Positions 62,218 through 64,000 of a DNA stretch of 64,000 nucleotides are shown piece by piece. Each line of letters begins with the position of its first letter. The stretch's first letter is position 1. Origin of the DNA: an uncultured Actinomycetes bacterium (GTDB taxonomy: Bacteria; Actinomycetota; UBA4738; JBBDTT01); the NCBI GenBank assembly GCA_963742735.1, contig CAVUMN010000004.1, forward strand, positions 1,312,001 through 1,376,000. The letters run 5' to 3'. Both the position numbers and the translations under genes were made by a program. Under the pieces are notes generated by a model, which was not told the origin of the DNA, did not search any database, and saw nothing but the letters and a program-made list of their open reading frames with translations.

Positions 62218-63765
62218 ATGGCAGAGGAGTCGCGTCCCGACCACGCCGAGGCCATCGCCCGGGCCGCCGAGGCGGCCCACGCCGGCGGCGCGGAGAAGTA
62301 CCACGCGGCCAACGCGGAGAAGGGCAAGCTCTTCGTCCGCGAGCGGCTTCGCCTGCTCCTGGACGGCGCCGACGGGTTCGCGGAGGACGGCATCCTGGTG
62401 AACGCCCTGGCGGGCGACCTCCCCGCCGATGGCGTGGTCACCGGCGTCGGAACCGTCAACGGCCGGCCCGTCGCGGTGATGGCCAACGACTCCACGGTCA
62501 AGGCGGGGTCGTGGGGCGCACGCACCGTCGAGAAGATCATCCGGATCATCGAGCTGGCCCGGAAGCACGAGCGCCCGATCGTGTACCTGGTCGACTCGGC
62601 GGGGGCCCGCATCACCGACCAGGTCGACCTGTTCCCCGGCCGGCGCGGCGCGGGGAAGATCTTCTACAACCAGGTCCAGGCGAGCGGAAAGGTCCCGCAG
62701 GTGTGCTGCCTGTTCGGCCCGAGCGCGGCCGGCGGCGCGTACATCCCCGCGTTCTGCGACGTCGTGTTCATGGTCGAGGGCAACGCCTCGATGTACCTCG
62801 GCTCGCCCCGGATGGCCGAGGAGGTCATCGGGGAGAAGGTGACCCTCGAGGAGATGGGCGGGGCGAAGATGCACACCGAGGTCTCCGGGTGCGGCGACCT
62901 GCTGCTCCCGGATGAGAAGTCCACGATCGAGGCCGCCCGCCGGTACCTGACGTTCTTCCCCCGGTCGTTCCGCGAGACGACCGAACGGACGGAGCCGCGG
63001 CCGCCGGCGCTCGCCTCGTTCGAGGGCGTGGTGCCCGACAACGAGCGGATCGCCTTCGACATGCGCAAGGTCATCGACGCGGTCGTCGACGACGGCTCGA
63101 CGTTCGACGTCAAGCCGTCGTTCGCGAAGGAGCTCATCACCACGCTGGCCCGGATCGACGGGCGCGCCGTCGGGATCGTCGCGAACCAGCCGATGCAGAA
63201 GGGCGGCGTGCTGTTCGTCGACTCCGCCGACAAGGCCGCGCGGTTCATCTGGCTGTGCGACGCGTTCAATCTCCCGCTCGTGTTCCTGGCCGACGTGCCG
63301 GGGTTCATGATCGGCACCGCCGTGGAACGGCAGGGGATCATCCGCCACGGCGCCAAGATGATCACCGCGGTCAGCGAGGCCACCGTCCCGAAGTTCAGCG
63401 TGATCGTTCGCAAGGCCTACGGGGCCGGGCTGTACGCGATGGCCGGCCCGGGGTTCGAGCCCGACGCCACGATCGCCCTGCCCACCGCGCGGATCGCCGT
63501 GATGGGTCCGCAGCCCGCGGTGAACGCCGTCTACTACAACAAGATCCAGGCCATCGAGGACGAGGCCGAACGCGAGGCGTTCGTTGCGGACAAGCGCCGG
63601 GAGTACGAGGAGGACATCGACATCCTCCACCTGGCCGCCGAGAACGTAGTCGACGCGGTGATCCAGCCCGACGAGCTCCGCGACGAGCTGATCCGCCGGC
63701 TCGCCGCCGCCGAGGGCAAGGAGCGGCACTTCAGCGAACGCCGCCACGGCGTTCCTCCCGTATGA
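62218..63765 (+). CDS. Acyl-CoA carboxylase beta (carboxyltransferase) subunit
   Basis: DSAGARI, GPSAAGGAY, LADVPGFMIG, RKAYGAGLYAM. Confidence 0.93.
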   Translation: MAEESRPDHAEAIARAAEAAHAGGAEKYHAANAEKGKLFVRERLRLLLDGADGFAEDGILVNALAGDLPADGVVTGVGTVNGRPVAVMANDSTVKAGSWGARTVEKIIRIIELARKHERPIVYLVDSAGARITDQVDLFPGRRGAGKIFYNQVQASGKVPQVCCLFGPSAAGGAYIPAFCDVVFMVEGNASMYLGSPRMAEEVIGEKVTLEEMGGAKMHTEVSGCGDLLLPDEKSTIEAARRYLTFFPRSFRETTERTEPRPPALASFEGVVPDNERIAFDMRKVIDAVVDDGSTFDVKPSFAKELITTLARIDGRAVGIVANQPMQKGGVLFVDSADKAARFIWLCDAFNLPLVFLADVPGFMIGTAVERQGIIRHGAKMITAVSEATVPKFSVIVRKAYGAGLYAMAGPGFEPDATIALPTARIAVMGPQPAVNAVYYNKIQAIEDEAEREAFVADKRREYEEDIDILHLAAENVVDAVIQPDELRDELIRRLAAAEGKERHFSERRHGVPPV

Positions 63766-64000
63766 GCTTCGCGGCGTTCGAGCGGCGCGACCGGATCGCG
63801 ATCGTGACCCTGAGTCGACCGGAGGCGCTCAACGCCATCTCGTCGCAGGTCGCCGACGACCTCCGGGACGCCTTCCAGGCCGTGGCCGCCGACCACGAGG
63901 CGTGGGTGATGGTCCTGCGCGCCGAGGGCGAGAAGGCGTTCTGCGTGGGCGCCGACCTCAAGGAACGCGCGGCGTTCTCCGACGACGACTGGCGCGAGCG
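63762..64000 (+). CDS. Enoyl-CoA hydratase/isomerase (3'-truncated by window edge)
   Basis: VTLSRPEALNAIS...KAFCVGADLKE; ATGA overlap. Confidence 0.85.
   Translation, partial: MSFAAFERRDRIAIVTLSRPEALNAISSQVADDLRDAFQAVAADHEAWVMVLRAEGEKAFCVGADLKERAAFSDDDWRE

Overview
This is a very GC-rich, gene-dense window, most likely from an actinobacterium (inferred from GC content, guaB3, npdG and the pcrA-sucCD-purNH-folD gene order). The backbone is housekeeping: purine and folate genes (guaB3, guaA, purN, purH, folD, metF), pcrA, most of the TCA cycle (citrate synthase, two IDH paralogues, sucCD, sdhCDAB, split fumarase, mdh), a split methylmalonyl-CoA mutase, acyl-CoA carboxylase subunits with birA, and sulfur genes (cysC, sulfite reductase, sulfatase). 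The standout is a complete lasso-peptide gene cluster between guaA and pcrA (4815-10931). It encodes an RRE, a leader peptidase, an HPr-kinase-like kinase, a lasso cyclase, a 45-aa precursor with its own promoter (predicted core GINALPGSDNTVASV), a nucleotidyltransferase and an ABC exporter. Other points of note: a possible leader peptide/attenuator before guaB3, palindromic bidirectional -10 elements, an NADP/NAD IDH paralogue pair, a His-rich CCGHPGQPGC microprotein, tandem DUF4012-like proteins (one with an EF-hand loop), and frameshifts at about 29.7 kb and 38.6-41.1 kb that are probably assembly errors. No rRNA, tRNA, CRISPR array, integrase or transposase was recognised. All family calls come from motif reading, not database searches.
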